In this document: piece by piece, positions 27,533 through 40,533 of the stretch
Position numbering within the stretch: position 1 is the first letter of the stretch
Layout: every line of letters starts with the position of its first letter
Assembly (NCBI RefSeq): GCF_016904885.1
Contig: NZ_JADWYI010000001.1
Coordinates: 7,177,224-7,241,223 of the forward strand
DNA length: 64,000 nt
Origin: [Archangium] primigenium
GTDB lineage: Bacteria; Myxococcota; Myxococcia; Myxococcales; Myxococcaceae
Direction of reading: 5' to 3'
Notes under the pieces: model-generated
Told to the model about the DNA's origin: nothing
Databases searched by the model: none
Seen by the model: only the letters and a program-made list of their open reading frames with translations
Made by a program: the position numbers and the translations under genes

Positions 27533-28015
27533 TCACTCGCCCGGCTCTTCCGCCTTCACGTCGGAGCCCAGCACGTCCCCGCCGCCCGTGCGCAACAGCA
27601 TCCGGGCCGCGCGCGCGGCGATGGCCTTCTCGCCCTTGTAGCCCAGCAGCCCCGAGGCCCGCACGAGCGGCACCCACCGGGCCTCGTCCACCTCGACGCG
27701 CTGGCCCTCGTGCTGGATGTCCCCCAGCACGCCGGAGAGGTAGCGGAAGAGGAAGAAGTGCACGCGCTTGAAGATGCGCTGGCCCCGGAACTGGTAGACG
27801 TAGCGGATCTCCCCCAGCGGTGCCACGAGCGTGGCGCGCAGCCCCGTCTCCTCCCACACCTCGCGCGTGGCGGTCTGATCCGGTGACTCGCCGGGATCCA
27901 CGTGCCCCTTGGGCAAGGCCCACAAGGAGCGGCCGTGGGGGCGGATGACGGCCACCTCCAGCTCACCTCCTTGTTCTCGGACGACGATTCCTCCAGCGGA
28001 GGCCTCTCGGGGCAT
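27533..28015 (-). CDS. NUDIX hydrolase
   Basis: Nudix box GHVDPGESPDQTATREVWEETG. ATG at 28015 (MPREASAGG...); the alternative GTG at 28039 is the track start. Confidence 0.8.
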   Translation of the reverse strand: MPREASAGGIVVREQGGELEVAVIRPHGRSLWALPKGHVDPGESPDQTATREVWEETGLRATLVAPLGEIRYVYQFRGQRIFKRVHFFLFRYLSGVLGDIQHEGQRVEVDEARWVPLVRASGLLGYKGEKAIAARAARMLLRTGGGDVLGSDVKAEEPGE

Positions 28016-28048
28016 GCGCCCACCGTAACCGATGCGCACGCCGCGCGG

Positions 28049-28690
28049 TCAGGAGACTTGAGCGAAGTGGCGCAGCTTGGCTTCCGCGCCCAATCGGTAG
28101 GCGTAACGCAGCTCCGACAAGAGCCGCTCCAGCCGCCGTCCCGCGATGTGCCCCATCAGCCGCGAGCAGAAATTGCGCGACAGCCGGTTGGCCTCCTGGT
28201 AGCGCCACCGCTCGGCCTCCGTCAGCCGGGCCCGGTAGGACACGCGCTCGAAGAGCCGGCCGAACAACTCCCGCGCCCAGCCCTCCACCCCCGTCCCCCA
28301 GCGCTGCAGCAGACAGAGGGCGAACTTGTCCACCTCCGCCTGCGCCTCCAGCTCCAGCAGGGAGACGGTGCGCTCATGCAGGGCCGTCTGCACCATGTAG
28401 ACGAAGTGCGAGACCCCCTCGGCGAGCTGACAGAAGCCATTCAGTTCGCCCTCCAGGAGGCTGTGGAGGGGGGCGTCTTCGTAGGGCCGCAGGCGCGAGA
28501 GCAGCGCGGGCGCCAGGTACAGGGCGAGCTCCACCTCGCCGTCGCCCTCGCGCACGAGCAGCTCCTCGTCGACCGTGCCCGAGGCGCCCAAGAGCCGTGC
28601 CGCGTCGGGGTCCACCAGGAACCCCTCGGCGCGCGCCTCGCAGGTGAAACCGTAGATGGCCTCCAGGTGGGCCTGAACGCGGGCGATCAT
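28049..28690 (-). CDS. Hypothetical protein (213 aa)
   Basis: Internal Met at 28690 (MIARVQAHLEAIYGF...). The track N-terminal extension is Arg/Trp-rich and implausible. High GC3. Confidence 0.55.
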   Translation of the reverse strand: MIARVQAHLEAIYGFTCEARAEGFLVDPDAARLLGASGTVDEELLVREGDGEVELALYLAPALLSRLRPYEDAPLHSLLEGELNGFCQLAEGVSHFVYMVQTALHERTVSLLELEAQAEVDKFALCLLQRWGTGVEGWARELFGRLFERVSYRARLTEAERWRYQEANRLSRNFCSRLMGHIAGRRLERLLSELRYAYRLGAEAKLRHFAQVS

Positions 28691-28706
28691 GGGTCGCGCC
28701 CCCGGC

Positions 28707-29300
28707 TCAGTTCGCCCACCCCTTGACCGGCACCAGCCCCGCGTCCACCAGGATGCGCTGCAGCGTGTCATCGCCCGTGCGGGTCCAGCGCTCGTACACC
28801 TTGAGCGCGCCCGCGGGGCCGTTGCGCACCAGGCCCCGCGCGGCGATCTCCGCCAGCACCTCCACCAGGGCCCGGAAGCGCGCGCTCAGCTCCCGGTACA
28901 CGGAGGCCACGCCCGCGCCGGGCGCCAGCTCCGCGATCTGCCCGTACGCCGCCCCCCCCATCTGGATGTAGTAGTCCGGCCCCACGGGGCGCTCGCGCAG
29001 CGCGTCCGAGAAGAAGCCCGCCTGGTAGAGCGACACGTCCCCCAGGCGCCGCAGGGTGCGGATGCGCTCGTCGCGCTGCTGCTGGAGCGCCCGGTGGTAG
29101 AGCACCGCCAGCGGCTCCTGCTCGGCCCGCCCGTCATCCCCCTTGGAGAAGAGCTTGTCGGACGAGGCGAACTCCGCCAGCAGGTTCACCAGGTAGAACT
29201 CGGTCGTCTGCCCCACCGAGACCTGCCGCCGCCGGATCGTCTCCTCCAGGAGGCTCTTGAAGAACTCCTTCAACGAAGGGGACGTCACCAGTTGACTCAT
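28707..29300 (-). CDS. Hypothetical protein (197 aa)
   Basis: Internal Met at 29300 (MSQLVTSPSLKEFF...). Co-oriented with the downstream hypothetical gene with a 16-nt gap. Confidence 0.55.
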   Translation of the reverse strand: MSQLVTSPSLKEFFKSLLEETIRRRQVSVGQTTEFYLVNLLAEFASSDKLFSKGDDGRAEQEPLAVLYHRALQQQRDERIRTLRRLGDVSLYQAGFFSDALRERPVGPDYYIQMGGAAYGQIAELAPGAGVASVYRELSARFRALVEVLAEIAARGLVRNGPAGALKVYERWTRTGDDTLQRILVDAGLVPVKGWAN

Positions 29301-29599
29301 GGACGAAGTTCCTCCCAGTCCCCGTCGAGGAATCCGGCGCGGGGGACCCAAGGGCAAGGGTAAGCCTTTCCGGGGCCATGCCGCAAAGCGGCATCCAGTC
29401 ATTCCAAGGGCTTACGCTGGCACTCGGCCCCTTCGATTGCCAGAAAGCCCCCGGGCACGGAGGCGGCCGTCCTGGGGTGTGCATTCCTGGACAGAACCGA
29501 AATCCTGAATGGTGGCGAGGGGTTGCGTCATTTCGCGCCCCCGCTTCAGGCTCGCTTGACGGGTCGAAGTCCCTGGTTATTATCCCGCGCGCCTGGCGG

Positions 29600-29626
29600 T
29601 TGGCACTCATGCGGTGCGAGTGCTAA
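29600..29626 (+). promoter_or_regulatory. CIRCE (HrcA operator) inverted repeat upstream of groES
   Basis: TTGGCACTC-ATGCGGTGC-GAGTGCTAA matches the CIRCE consensus TTAGCACTC-N9-GAGTGCTAA with one mismatch. It lies 82 nt upstream of the groES start. Confidence 0.75.
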
Positions 29627-29707
29627 GCGCCCCCGGGGCCCCCAGCCCCACCCCACCCCGGGTGGCCGTGCCGAGCACGGGCCGCCCTGTCATCGAGGAG
29701 ACCGACC

Positions 29708-29998
29708 ATGAAGATTCGTCCCCTGCAGGATCGTCTGATCATCAAGCGCGTGGCCGAGGAGAACAAGACCAAGGGCGGTCTGTTCATCCCCGACACCGCC
29801 AAGGAGAAGCCGCTCGAGGGCACGGTCATCGCCGTGGGCAACGGCAAGATCCTGGAGAACGGCACGGTGCGCGCCATGGACATCAAGGCGGGCGACACCA
29901 TCCTGTTCAGCAAGTACGCCGGCACGGAGATCAAGCTGGACGGCGAGGATCACCTCATCCTGCGTGAGGAGGATGTGCTCGGCGTGATCGAGAAGTAG
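29708..29998 (+). CDS. groES: Co-chaperonin GroES
   Basis: 96 aa. [15 protein letters not shown]...GTVIAVGNG. Confidence 0.95.
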   Translation: MKIRPLQDRLIIKRVAEENKTKGGLFIPDTAKEKPLEGTVIAVGNGKILENGTVRAMDIKAGDTILFSKYAGTEIKLDGEDHLILREEDVLGVIEK

Positions 29999-31714
<1,716 letters not shown>

Positions 31715-31750
31715 CCCGCGCCCCGGGCGCGGTCCGGCCCGGCCCCTCGG

Positions 31751-31790
31751 CCCCTGGTTCCCTCACGGGAGCCAGGGGCCGTTCGCTTTG
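31751..31790 (+). terminator. Candidate intrinsic terminator after groEL
   Basis: A 12-bp stem (CCCCTGGTTCCC / GGGAGCCAGGGG, one G.U) with a TCAC loop, then CCGTTCGCTTTG. A shorter GC hairpin lies at 31716..31732. Confidence 0.45.
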
Positions 31791-31879
31791 GGGGGACCGC
31801 CCCCAGGCCGCGTGGCGAACCCCCTCCCCCACCATTACCCTTGGGACAGAAGACCCTACCCAAGGCGGAGGAGGACCGC

Positions 31880-32137
31880 GTGAAACCCGTGAAGATTTAC
31901 ACCACCACCTACTGTGGCTACTGCGTCCGGGCCAAGGATCTGCTCAAGCGCAAGGGCGTGTCGTACCAGGAGATCGACGTGACGGGCGACGACACGGCCC
32001 GCGAGAAGCTGGTGGAGCTCAGTGGCGGCCAGCGCACCGTGCCGCAGATCTTCATCGGCGACACCCACGTGGGCGGCTACACGGACCTGGCCCGCCTGGA
32101 TCAGGAGAAGCGCCTGGAGCCCATGCTCCAGGGCTGA
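31880..32137 (+). CDS. grxC: Glutaredoxin (Grx3-like)
   Basis: GTG start at 31880 preceded by GGAGGAGGA. MKPVKIYTTTYCGYCVRAKDLL... (CxxC active site), 85 aa. The track ORF starts at an upstream TTG. Confidence 0.8.
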   Translation: MKPVKIYTTTYCGYCVRAKDLLKRKGVSYQEIDVTGDDTAREKLVELSGGQRTVPQIFIGDTHVGGYTDLARLDQEKRLEPMLQG

Positions 32138-32232
32138 GTGCCCGGAGAGCAGGCGGGCATCTCCGCCCGCCGGGCCCGTCGTCCGCCGCGTGCCCAACTT
32201 CTCCCCACGAGAAGTTCACACCAGGGAGGTGG

Positions 32233-32442
32233 ATGATGGCGAAGCAGAACCCACGGGCATCCGGTGCGCAGGACGAGCAGGACATCCTCCAGAAGAACGC
32301 GGGCCCCGAGGAGGGCCGGCGCCCCTCGCCCGGGCCCATGACGAACGCGCAGGTGAAGTCCGGCGGTAACGAGGACGACGATCTCGTGGACGAGCAGTCC
32401 AAGGAGTCCTTCCCGTCCAGCGATGCACCCGGCAACTACTAG
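32233..32442 (+). CDS. Small acidic, probably disordered protein (69 aa)
   Basis: ATGATG preceded by GGGAGG. GC3 ~87%, like core genes. Rich in D/E/Q/G/P/S. No TM helix or motif recognised. Confidence 0.5.
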   Translation: MMAKQNPRASGAQDEQDILQKNAGPEEGRRPSPGPMTNAQVKSGGNEDDDLVDEQSKESFPSSDAPGNY

Positions 32443-32548
32443 CGCGAGACAAAGGCTTGCTCCCTTGGGAGCGCCCCCGTAAACAGGGAACTCCGGGGAC
32501 GGGGGGGCGGAGTGGACCGCCCCCCTCCGGGCGGGAGGCTCCAAGCCG

Positions 32549-33928
<1,380 letters not shown>

Positions 33929-33965
33929 GGGCCCCGCTGTCCTTCCCCAACGGAGAGCCTCTCCC

Positions 33966-35180
33966 ATGATGAGCCGTATCGCCCTCACCTCCCTCGTCGC
34001 CGCCGCGGTCGCGGGCTGCGCCGGCCAGCAGCAAGCGAAGAATGGTACCCCCGCCGTCTCCAAGGAGGAGCGGCTGCGCATCACCAACCAGTCGCCCTTC
34101 GACGTGGCGGTGTGCAAGACGCAGGCGCCCGCCCTGTCCCAGCCCGCCAACCAGGGCATCCTCGTGGGCGGCCTGCTCGCCTCGCGCCCCCAGGTGATGG
34201 AGTGCCTGGTGGACCCGAAGAACCGGGGCCCGGCGGAGAACACGCGCCTGGTCGTGAAGACGACCGTGAACGATCAGGGCGGCTCGCACGCCATCTCCGG
34301 GGACAACCTCACCCCCGAGGGCATCGCCTGCGTGCAGAAGATCGTGGACGCGCGCGTGCCGCTCACCGCGCTGGCCAAGGGCGCCGCGCCGGTGGAGTCC
34401 GAGAGCACCTTCGTGCACGAGGTGGGCAACAGCCCCAGCGTGCGCTTCGGCCTCAACCCGGGCTCGGACTACTCGGGCAACGTGCGGCTCGCCCAGGACG
34501 AGTGGTGCGAGTGCTACGCGGGCTACGAGAACAAGGCCCCGCCCACCCTGCGCGCCAACCTGGACCTCAAGAAGGGCCAGGCCACCGCCGCCGACATCGC
34601 CTTCGATCCCGCCGGCACCCCCGAGGGCGACGCGCTCGCCACGTGCCTCAAGGGCAAGATGGCCGCGGTGCCCTCGACGCTCGAGGTGGACGAGCTGAAG
34701 TTCCCCTACCGCTTCGTGCACTTCAACTCGCACGCCACCGAGCCCGCCGCGGACCTGTCCCCCGAGCTGCGGCTGCTGCAGTTGGACCTGGTGCGCAACC
34801 AGCGCTCGGCCGACGCCGCCATCGCCTTCGGCAACCGCGCCAACGCCGCCGAGGCCTATGACGCCATCGTCGCCAAGTACCAGAGCACCAAGGACTGGAA
34901 GCTCATCGACGAGCTCAAGGCCAAGTGCAAGACGCTCGTGAACACCTCCCAGCAGTGGGTGGACTCCATCGAGTCCCAGCGCCAGGTGGATCAGACCACC
35001 GTGGACCTCGCCACCGAGCTCAAGGCCAAGGACGCGGCCTGGGGCGAGCTGGAGGCCAAGACGCGGGAGATCATCGCCGCCACCCAGCAGGACCTGGACA
35101 CCGCCAAGCAGCGCCTCGCCGCGGACCAGGGCGCCTGCCCGCGTGAGACCCAGGAAGCCGCGCCCAAGAAGAAGAAGTAG
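33966..35180 (+). CDS. Hypothetical lipoprotein with C-terminal coiled-coil and Lys-rich tail
   Basis: ATG at 33966 (MMSRIALTSLVAAAVAGCAG lipobox). 404 aa. Ends KKKK. Confidence 0.65.
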   Translation: MMSRIALTSLVAAAVAGCAGQQQAKNGTPAVSKEERLRITNQSPFDVAVCKTQAPALSQPANQGILVGGLLASRPQVMECLVDPKNRGPAENTRLVVKTTVNDQGGSHAISGDNLTPEGIACVQKIVDARVPLTALAKGAAPVESESTFVHEVGNSPSVRFGLNPGSDYSGNVRLAQDEWCECYAGYENKAPPTLRANLDLKKGQATAADIAFDPAGTPEGDALATCLKGKMAAVPSTLEVDELKFPYRFVHFNSHATEPAADLSPELRLLQLDLVRNQRSADAAIAFGNRANAAEAYDAIVAKYQSTKDWKLIDELKAKCKTLVNTSQQWVDSIESQRQVDQTTVDLATELKAKDAAWGELEAKTREIIAATQQDLDTAKQRLAADQGACPRETQEAAPKKKK

Positions 35181-35292
35181 TCGCCCGGCCCCCTGAAGCA
35201 CCGAAGGCGCGGCGCCCGAGTCTCCGGGCCCCGCGCCTTCTTCATGTCCGGGCCTGCGCGAGGGAGGGGAAAGCCCCCTCCCCCGGCCTGGC

Positions 35293-38200
35293 TCAAGCGA
35301 CGCTGGAGTTGTCGTTGGCCGCGGTGGCCTCGCGCAGCCGCACGCTCACCAGCTTGGAGATGCCGGGCTCCTCCATGGTCACGCCGTAGAGGGTGTCCGC
35401 CACTTCCATGGTGCGCTTGTTGTGGGTGATGAGGATGAACTGCGACTGCTTGCTCATCTCCTTCACCATGTCGTTGTAGCGGCCCACGTTGCCCTCATCC
35501 AGCGGGGCATCGACCTCGTCCAGGAGGCAGAAGGGCGTGGGTTTGATGAGGAAGATGGCGAAGATGAGCGCCACGGCGGTGAGCGCCTTCTCGCCGCCGG
35601 ACAGCAGGTTCATGCTCTGCAGCTTCTTGCCCGGCGGCTGGGCGACGATCTCCACGCCCGGCTCCCCGCCCGGCCCCTCCTGGGTGAGCACGAGGCTCGC
35701 CCGGCCTCCGCCGAACAGCCGCGGGAAGATGGCCTGGAACTTCTCGTTGACGACGTCGAACGTCTGCTTGAAGCGGTCCCGGCTCGACGCGTCGATGCGC
35801 CGGATGGCCTCGTGCAGCTTCTCGATGGAGTCGGTCAGGTCCTTCTTCTGCGCGAGCAGGAAGGCCGAGCGCTCGGTGAGGTCCGCGTGCTCGTCGATGG
35901 CGGTGAGGTTGATCTCCCCCATCTTCTCCACCTGGGCGCGCAGCTCCTTGAGCTCCTGCTCCGCCTCCTCGCTGAGCGAGGGCAGCAGGTGGTAGTGGTG
36001 CACCTCGTCGGCCAGCTCCAGGCCGTGGCGCTCGCGCACGCCGGACACCAGGTGCTCCAGCTCCAGGACGATCTCCCGCTCGCGCAGCGTCATCTGCGAC
36101 AGGCCCTGGGTGAGCGCATCCAGCGTGGTGCGCAGCTCGCGCAGGGCGTTCTCCTGCTCGCGCACCTCGCCCGAGGCGGTGGCGTGGCCCGAGCGCCGGC
36201 CCTCCAGGCCCTGGGCGGCGCCGAACAGCTCCTCGGCCTTCTGCGCGCGCGTGGCCTCGGTCTCGTCGATGCGGCGGTTGAACTCCGCCACGCGCGCGGC
36301 CCCGTCACGCACCGTGGACTCGAGCTTGCGCACCCGGCTGGCCATCTCCTCCTTCTGGGCGAGCAGGCTCTCGAGCTCCTTGCGCGCCGAGTCCCCGCGC
36401 TCGCCGCCCGCGGCCACCTTCACCTTGAGGCCCATGAGGTTGGACGAGGCCGTCTCCGCGCGCTGCTTGAGGGACTCCAGCTCCCCGAGCAGCTGCTTGA
36501 CGCGCTCCTCGCGCGCCTCGCGGTCCGCCTGGCCGTGGGCCACCTCGCCCCGGCTGTTCTCCTCCTCGTGGGCGAGCCCCTCGTACATGTGCACGAGCTG
36601 GGACTCGTCCGCGTCCAGCGACCGGAGCCGGTCGCGCACCCGCGCCAGGTCCTCGCTCGCCTTGTGCAGGTCCTTCTCCTGGTGGGCGAGGCTCAGCTCC
36701 TCGGCGTGCTGGTTCTTGGCCAGGCCCCGGAGCACGTCCTCGGTGTCCCCCATCTGCTTCTGCAGGGTGTAGTGCCGGGTGAGGATCTCGTTGTAGCGCT
36801 CCTCCACCCGGGCCACCTCGATGGCCAGCTCGGCGATCTCCCGCTTCTTCTGCAGGGCGCCCACGGCCACGCCCTCGCGCTCGCCGCCGGTGATGGTGCC
36901 GTCCGGGCGGAACACCTCGCCCTCCAGCGTGACGAGCGTCCACGCGGCGCCCTCGGACTCGGCGCAGGCGCGCGCCGTGGCCAGGTCCTCCACGACGACC
37001 ACGTCGCCGAGCAGCAGCCGCATCACGGGGCGCAGGGCCTCCTCGCACGTCACCTCGTCCAGGGCGCGCGCGAGCATGCCCGGGCGTGACAGGTCCGGCT
37101 GGACCTCGCCTGGGACGCGCTCGGGGGTGGGCACGGGCAGGAAGCTGCCCCGGCCCTCGGCCGCGTCCTTGAGGTACTCCACGAGCTCCACGCCCTTGGC
37201 GCGGCTCTCCACCACCACGTGCTGCAGGCGCTCGCCGAGCACCGCCTCCACCGCGCGCTCGTAGCGCGGCGTGGTGGACAGCACGTCCGCCACGAGGCCG
37301 AAGATGCCCTGGGTGCGCGCCTCCTCGCCCGCGCGCACCATCACCGCGCGCACGCCCCGGTCAAAGCCCTCGTAATCCTTCTGCAGGGACTCCAGCGACG
37401 CGAGCCGGCTGCGCTTGTCGCTCAGCTCCTCGCGCAGGCCGATGACCTGGACCTCGTTCTCGGTGAAGGCCTGGCGCGTGGTGCGCAGGGCCTCTTCCTC
37501 CTGACCCCGGCGCTCGGCGATCTCCAGGGACAGGTGGCGGCTGCCCTCCAGGCGGCGGGCGACGCTCTGGCGCGCCTCCTCGAGCTGGCCCTCCTGGGCG
37601 CGCAGGGTCTCCACCTCGGCGCGGGCGCGGGCGCGCCGGGCCTCCAGGTCCGTCTTCTGGCGCGCGAGGTTGACGAGGTTGCTCTCGTGGTTGGCCAGGC
37701 GGCTGGCCACGGTGACGAGCGCGGCGCGCTCCTGCTCGAGTCGCAGGGACACCTCGCCCTGGAGCTGGCCCGCGCGGCGCAGCTCCTCCTGGGCCACCTT
37801 CATGGCGACCTCGTCCTCCTTCCACGAGCCGGCGATGGTGCTCAGCTCCACCTCGCGCGAGGCCATGGTCTCGGCCACCTCGGCCTGGCGGGCCTTGAGC
37901 GCGGCGAGCTCCACCTCGGACTGCCCCACCCGCGCGCTCGTCTCCTCCAGGTCCTTGCGCCAGTAGGCCAGGTCCTGCTCGGAGCGCTGCACGGCGCTCT
38001 CCAGGGTGTGCACGTCGGCGGAGAGCTTCTGCAGCGTCTGGGCCCCGGTCTCCAGGTCCGCGCGGCGCTGGGCGATGGCCTCCTCCAGGGCGCGCATCCG
38101 GTCCAGGCCCTCGCGCTCCTCGCCGCTCACGCTGCCCAGGCGCTCCTGCAGCTGCTTGGACTCGGCGTGCAGGCCCAGGTAGCGGTGCGAGGCCGAGTGC

Positions 38201-38892
38201 AGCTCGATCTCGCGCATGCGCCCCTTGAGCTTCTTGTACTTCTCGGCCTTCTTGGCCTGGCGCGACAGGCTCTCCAGGCGGCGCTCCAGCTCGCCCGTCA
38301 CGTCCGTGACGCGCAGGAGGTTGGCCTGGGTGGCCTCCAGCTTGCGCTCGGCGGCCTTGCGGCGCGACTTGTACTTGGTGACGCCCGCGGCCTCCTCGAT
38401 GAGGTGGCGCCGGTCCTCGGGCTTGCTGGACACGATGAGGCCCACGCGGCCCTGCTCGATGATGGAGTAGGCCTTGGTGCCCACGCCCGTGCCGAGGAAC
38501 AGCTCGGTGATGTCGAGCAGACGGCACGTCGTCTTGTTGATGAGGTACTCGGACTCGCCGTTGCGGAAGAGCCGGCGGGTGACCGTCACCTCGGGGATGC
38601 CGCCCAGGTGCGCGGGCATCGTGTCCGTGTCGTCCACGTGGAAGGTGAGCGACACCTCGGCCATGGACAAGGGCGGCTTGGACTCCGAGCCGTTGAAGAT
38701 GACGTCCTCCATGCCGCGGCCGCGCAGGTTCTTGGCGCTCTGCTCGCCCATCACCCAGCGGATGGAGTCCACCACGTTCGACTTGCCACAGCCGTTGGGG
38801 CCGACGATGCCCGTGACGCCCTCATCGAAGGTGAAGACGCTGCGATCCATGAACGACTTGAATCCGGTGATGTCCAGGCGCTTGATTCGCAT
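35293..38892 (-). CDS. smc: Chromosome segregation protein SMC
   Basis: Start at the Met at 38892 (MRIKRLDITGFKSF). Walker A GPNGCGKSN; long coiled coils with a central hinge; C-terminal LSGGEKALTAVALIFAIF...LLDEVDAPLD. Confidence 0.9.
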   Translation of the reverse strand: MRIKRLDITGFKSFMDRSVFTFDEGVTGIVGPNGCGKSNVVDSIRWVMGEQSAKNLRGRGMEDVIFNGSESKPPLSMAEVSLTFHVDDTDTMPAHLGGIPEVTVTRRLFRNGESEYLINKTTCRLLDITELFLGTGVGTKAYSIIEQGRVGLIVSSKPEDRRHLIEEAAGVTKYKSRRKAAERKLEATQANLLRVTDVTGELERRLESLSRQAKKAEKYKKLKGRMREIELHSASHRYLGLHAESKQLQERLGSVSGEEREGLDRMRALEEAIAQRRADLETGAQTLQKLSADVHTLESAVQRSEQDLAYWRKDLEETSARVGQSEVELAALKARQAEVAETMASREVELSTIAGSWKEDEVAMKVAQEELRRAGQLQGEVSLRLEQERAALVTVASRLANHESNLVNLARQKTDLEARRARARAEVETLRAQEGQLEEARQSVARRLEGSRHLSLEIAERRGQEEEALRTTRQAFTENEVQVIGLREELSDKRSRLASLESLQKDYEGFDRGVRAVMVRAGEEARTQGIFGLVADVLSTTPRYERAVEAVLGERLQHVVVESRAKGVELVEYLKDAAEGRGSFLPVPTPERVPGEVQPDLSRPGMLARALDEVTCEEALRPVMRLLLGDVVVVEDLATARACAESEGAAWTLVTLEGEVFRPDGTITGGEREGVAVGALQKKREIAELAIEVARVEERYNEILTRHYTLQKQMGDTEDVLRGLAKNQHAEELSLAHQEKDLHKASEDLARVRDRLRSLDADESQLVHMYEGLAHEEENSRGEVAHGQADREAREERVKQLLGELESLKQRAETASSNLMGLKVKVAAGGERGDSARKELESLLAQKEEMASRVRKLESTVRDGAARVAEFNRRIDETEATRAQKAEELFGAAQGLEGRRSGHATASGEVREQENALRELRTTLDALTQGLSQMTLREREIVLELEHLVSGVRERHGLELADEVHHYHLLPSLSEEAEQELKELRAQVEKMGEINLTAIDEHADLTERSAFLLAQKKDLTDSIEKLHEAIRRIDASSRDRFKQTFDVVNEKFQAIFPRLFGGGRASLVLTQEGPGGEPGVEIVAQPPGKKLQSMNLLSGGEKALTAVALIFAIFLIKPTPFCLLDEVDAPLDEGNVGRYNDMVKEMSKQSQFILITHNKRTMEVADTLYGVTMEEPGISKLVSVRLREATAANDNSSVA

Positions 38893-39176
38893 GGGTTCGA
38901 CGGGCTCCCGAGAAGGTCGAGCGGCGGAGTACGAAAGTGGCTCCGAGGCCGAAAAATCGGCTCCGGAGCGATTGGTCACGAGTAGCACGCTCGATTTCGA
39001 GCGATCAAGCACGACCCCCCGACAACCCTGGCGGGCAGGCAAGAAATCGTCCGCCAGCAGTGGGCCCTACCGGCGTGATGCGAGCTGTAGCAGAGGGGTC
39101 TGACATGCGGGCCGGGTCCCCCCGAGGCGTCGGGCCTGCGAGGGGGGACACGCGCGCCCGGAGGGCGGCCAGGGAC

Positions 39177-40517
39177 TCAGGCGTCCGAGGCGGCGGCCAC
39201 GGGCGGCTTGGGGCCGGCCTGGGGCTCCACGGTCACGCGCACGACGCGCGGCCCCTCGACCTCCTCCACCTGGATGCGCCACATGTCCAGCTTGAGCAGG
39301 TCGCCCTTCTCGGGGATGCGACCGAGCCTGGCCATGATGTAGCCGGCGATGGTGGTCACCTCGACGTCCTCGTCGTCGATCTCGAACGAGACGTCCAGGC
39401 GGTCCTCCAGGTCATCGAGCTGGGCGGTGCCGGGCAGCTCGAAGCGGCCACCGGGCAGCGAGCGCACCTCGTCCACGCGCCGACCCAGCTCCGCCACGTC
39501 GCCGACGATCTCCGCCACCACGTCCGCGATGGTGACCAGGCCCGAGGTGCCGCCGTGCTCGTCCACCACGAGCGCCGTCTGGCGCCGCCGACGGCGGAAC
39601 TCGTTGAGCAGCTGCTCGAGCGTCACGTGCTCGGGGACGTAGAGCACGGGCCGCTGCACCTGGGAGAGGCTGCGCAATTCGCCGCGCGAGAGCAGGAAGA
39701 AGAGGTCCTTGACGTTCACCACCCCCTCCACCTCGTCCATGTTGCCGCGGCACACCGGCAGCCACGTGTGGCCGGCGGCGCGCGCGTCCGCCACGCACTT
39801 GTCCAGGGGCTCCTCCATGTCGAGGAACTTCACCTGATTGCGCGGCACCATGACCTGGCGCGCCGACTTCTGGGCCATCTCCAGCGAGCGCTCGAGCAGC
39901 TCGGCGCGCGCGGTGGTGATGGCGCCCGCCTGGGCCGAGGAGTGCAGGATGACGCGCAGCTCGTCCTCGTTGTGCGCGTCCTGGGACTCGTGCGCCGTGT
40001 GCATGCCGAAGGCCTTGAGCACCCAGCCGGCCAGCGCGTTGAGCACCCAGATGGCCGGGTAGAACAGGATGTAGAACAGGCGCATGGGCAGCGCCACGGC
40101 GAGCGTGGTGGCCTCGGCGCGCTGGATGGCGAGGCTCTTGGGGGCGAGCTCCCCCAGCACGATGTGCAGGAAGGTGATGATGGCGAAGGCGATGGCCACC
40201 GACACCGTGTGCGCCACCGCGGGCCCCGCGGCCTCGGGCACCACGCGCGCGAGCACGGGCTCCAGCAGGTGCGCGAACGCCGGCTCGCCCAGCCAGCCGA
40301 GCCCCAGCGACGCCAAGGTGATGCCGAACTGGGTGGCGGACAGGTACGCGTCCAGCTTGTCCACCATCTTCTGGGCGTTGCCGGCGCCAGGCCGACCGTC
40401 GTCCACCATCGCTTGCAGGCGCGTGGGACGGATCTTCACGATGGCGAACTCGGTCGCCACGAAGAAGCCATTGGCCAGGACCAGCAGGAGCGCCAGTCCG
40501 AGAAAAACCCATTCCAT
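39177..40517 (-). CDS. CNNM/HlyC/CorC-family transporter (DUF21 TM domain + CBS pair + CorC_HlyC)
   Basis: 446 aa. N-terminal 4-TM DUF21, tandem CBS domains, C-terminal transporter-associated domain. Confidence 0.85.
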   Translation of the reverse strand: MEWVFLGLALLLVLANGFFVATEFAIVKIRPTRLQAMVDDGRPGAGNAQKMVDKLDAYLSATQFGITLASLGLGWLGEPAFAHLLEPVLARVVPEAAGPAVAHTVSVAIAFAIITFLHIVLGELAPKSLAIQRAEATTLAVALPMRLFYILFYPAIWVLNALAGWVLKAFGMHTAHESQDAHNEDELRVILHSSAQAGAITTARAELLERSLEMAQKSARQVMVPRNQVKFLDMEEPLDKCVADARAAGHTWLPVCRGNMDEVEGVVNVKDLFFLLSRGELRSLSQVQRPVLYVPEHVTLEQLLNEFRRRRRQTALVVDEHGGTSGLVTIADVVAEIVGDVAELGRRVDEVRSLPGGRFELPGTAQLDDLEDRLDVSFEIDDEDVEVTTIAGYIMARLGRIPEKGDLLKLDMWRIQVEEVEGPRVVRVTVEPQAGPKPPVAAASDA

Positions 40518-40533
40518 AGGGGGGCTCAGGGGC

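Noticed and set aside
29600-29626. Sigma-54 promoter (TGGCAC) within the groES upstream region
   Set aside because: The TGGCAC is part of the CIRCE half-site. No TTGCW -12 element follows at the correct spacing.
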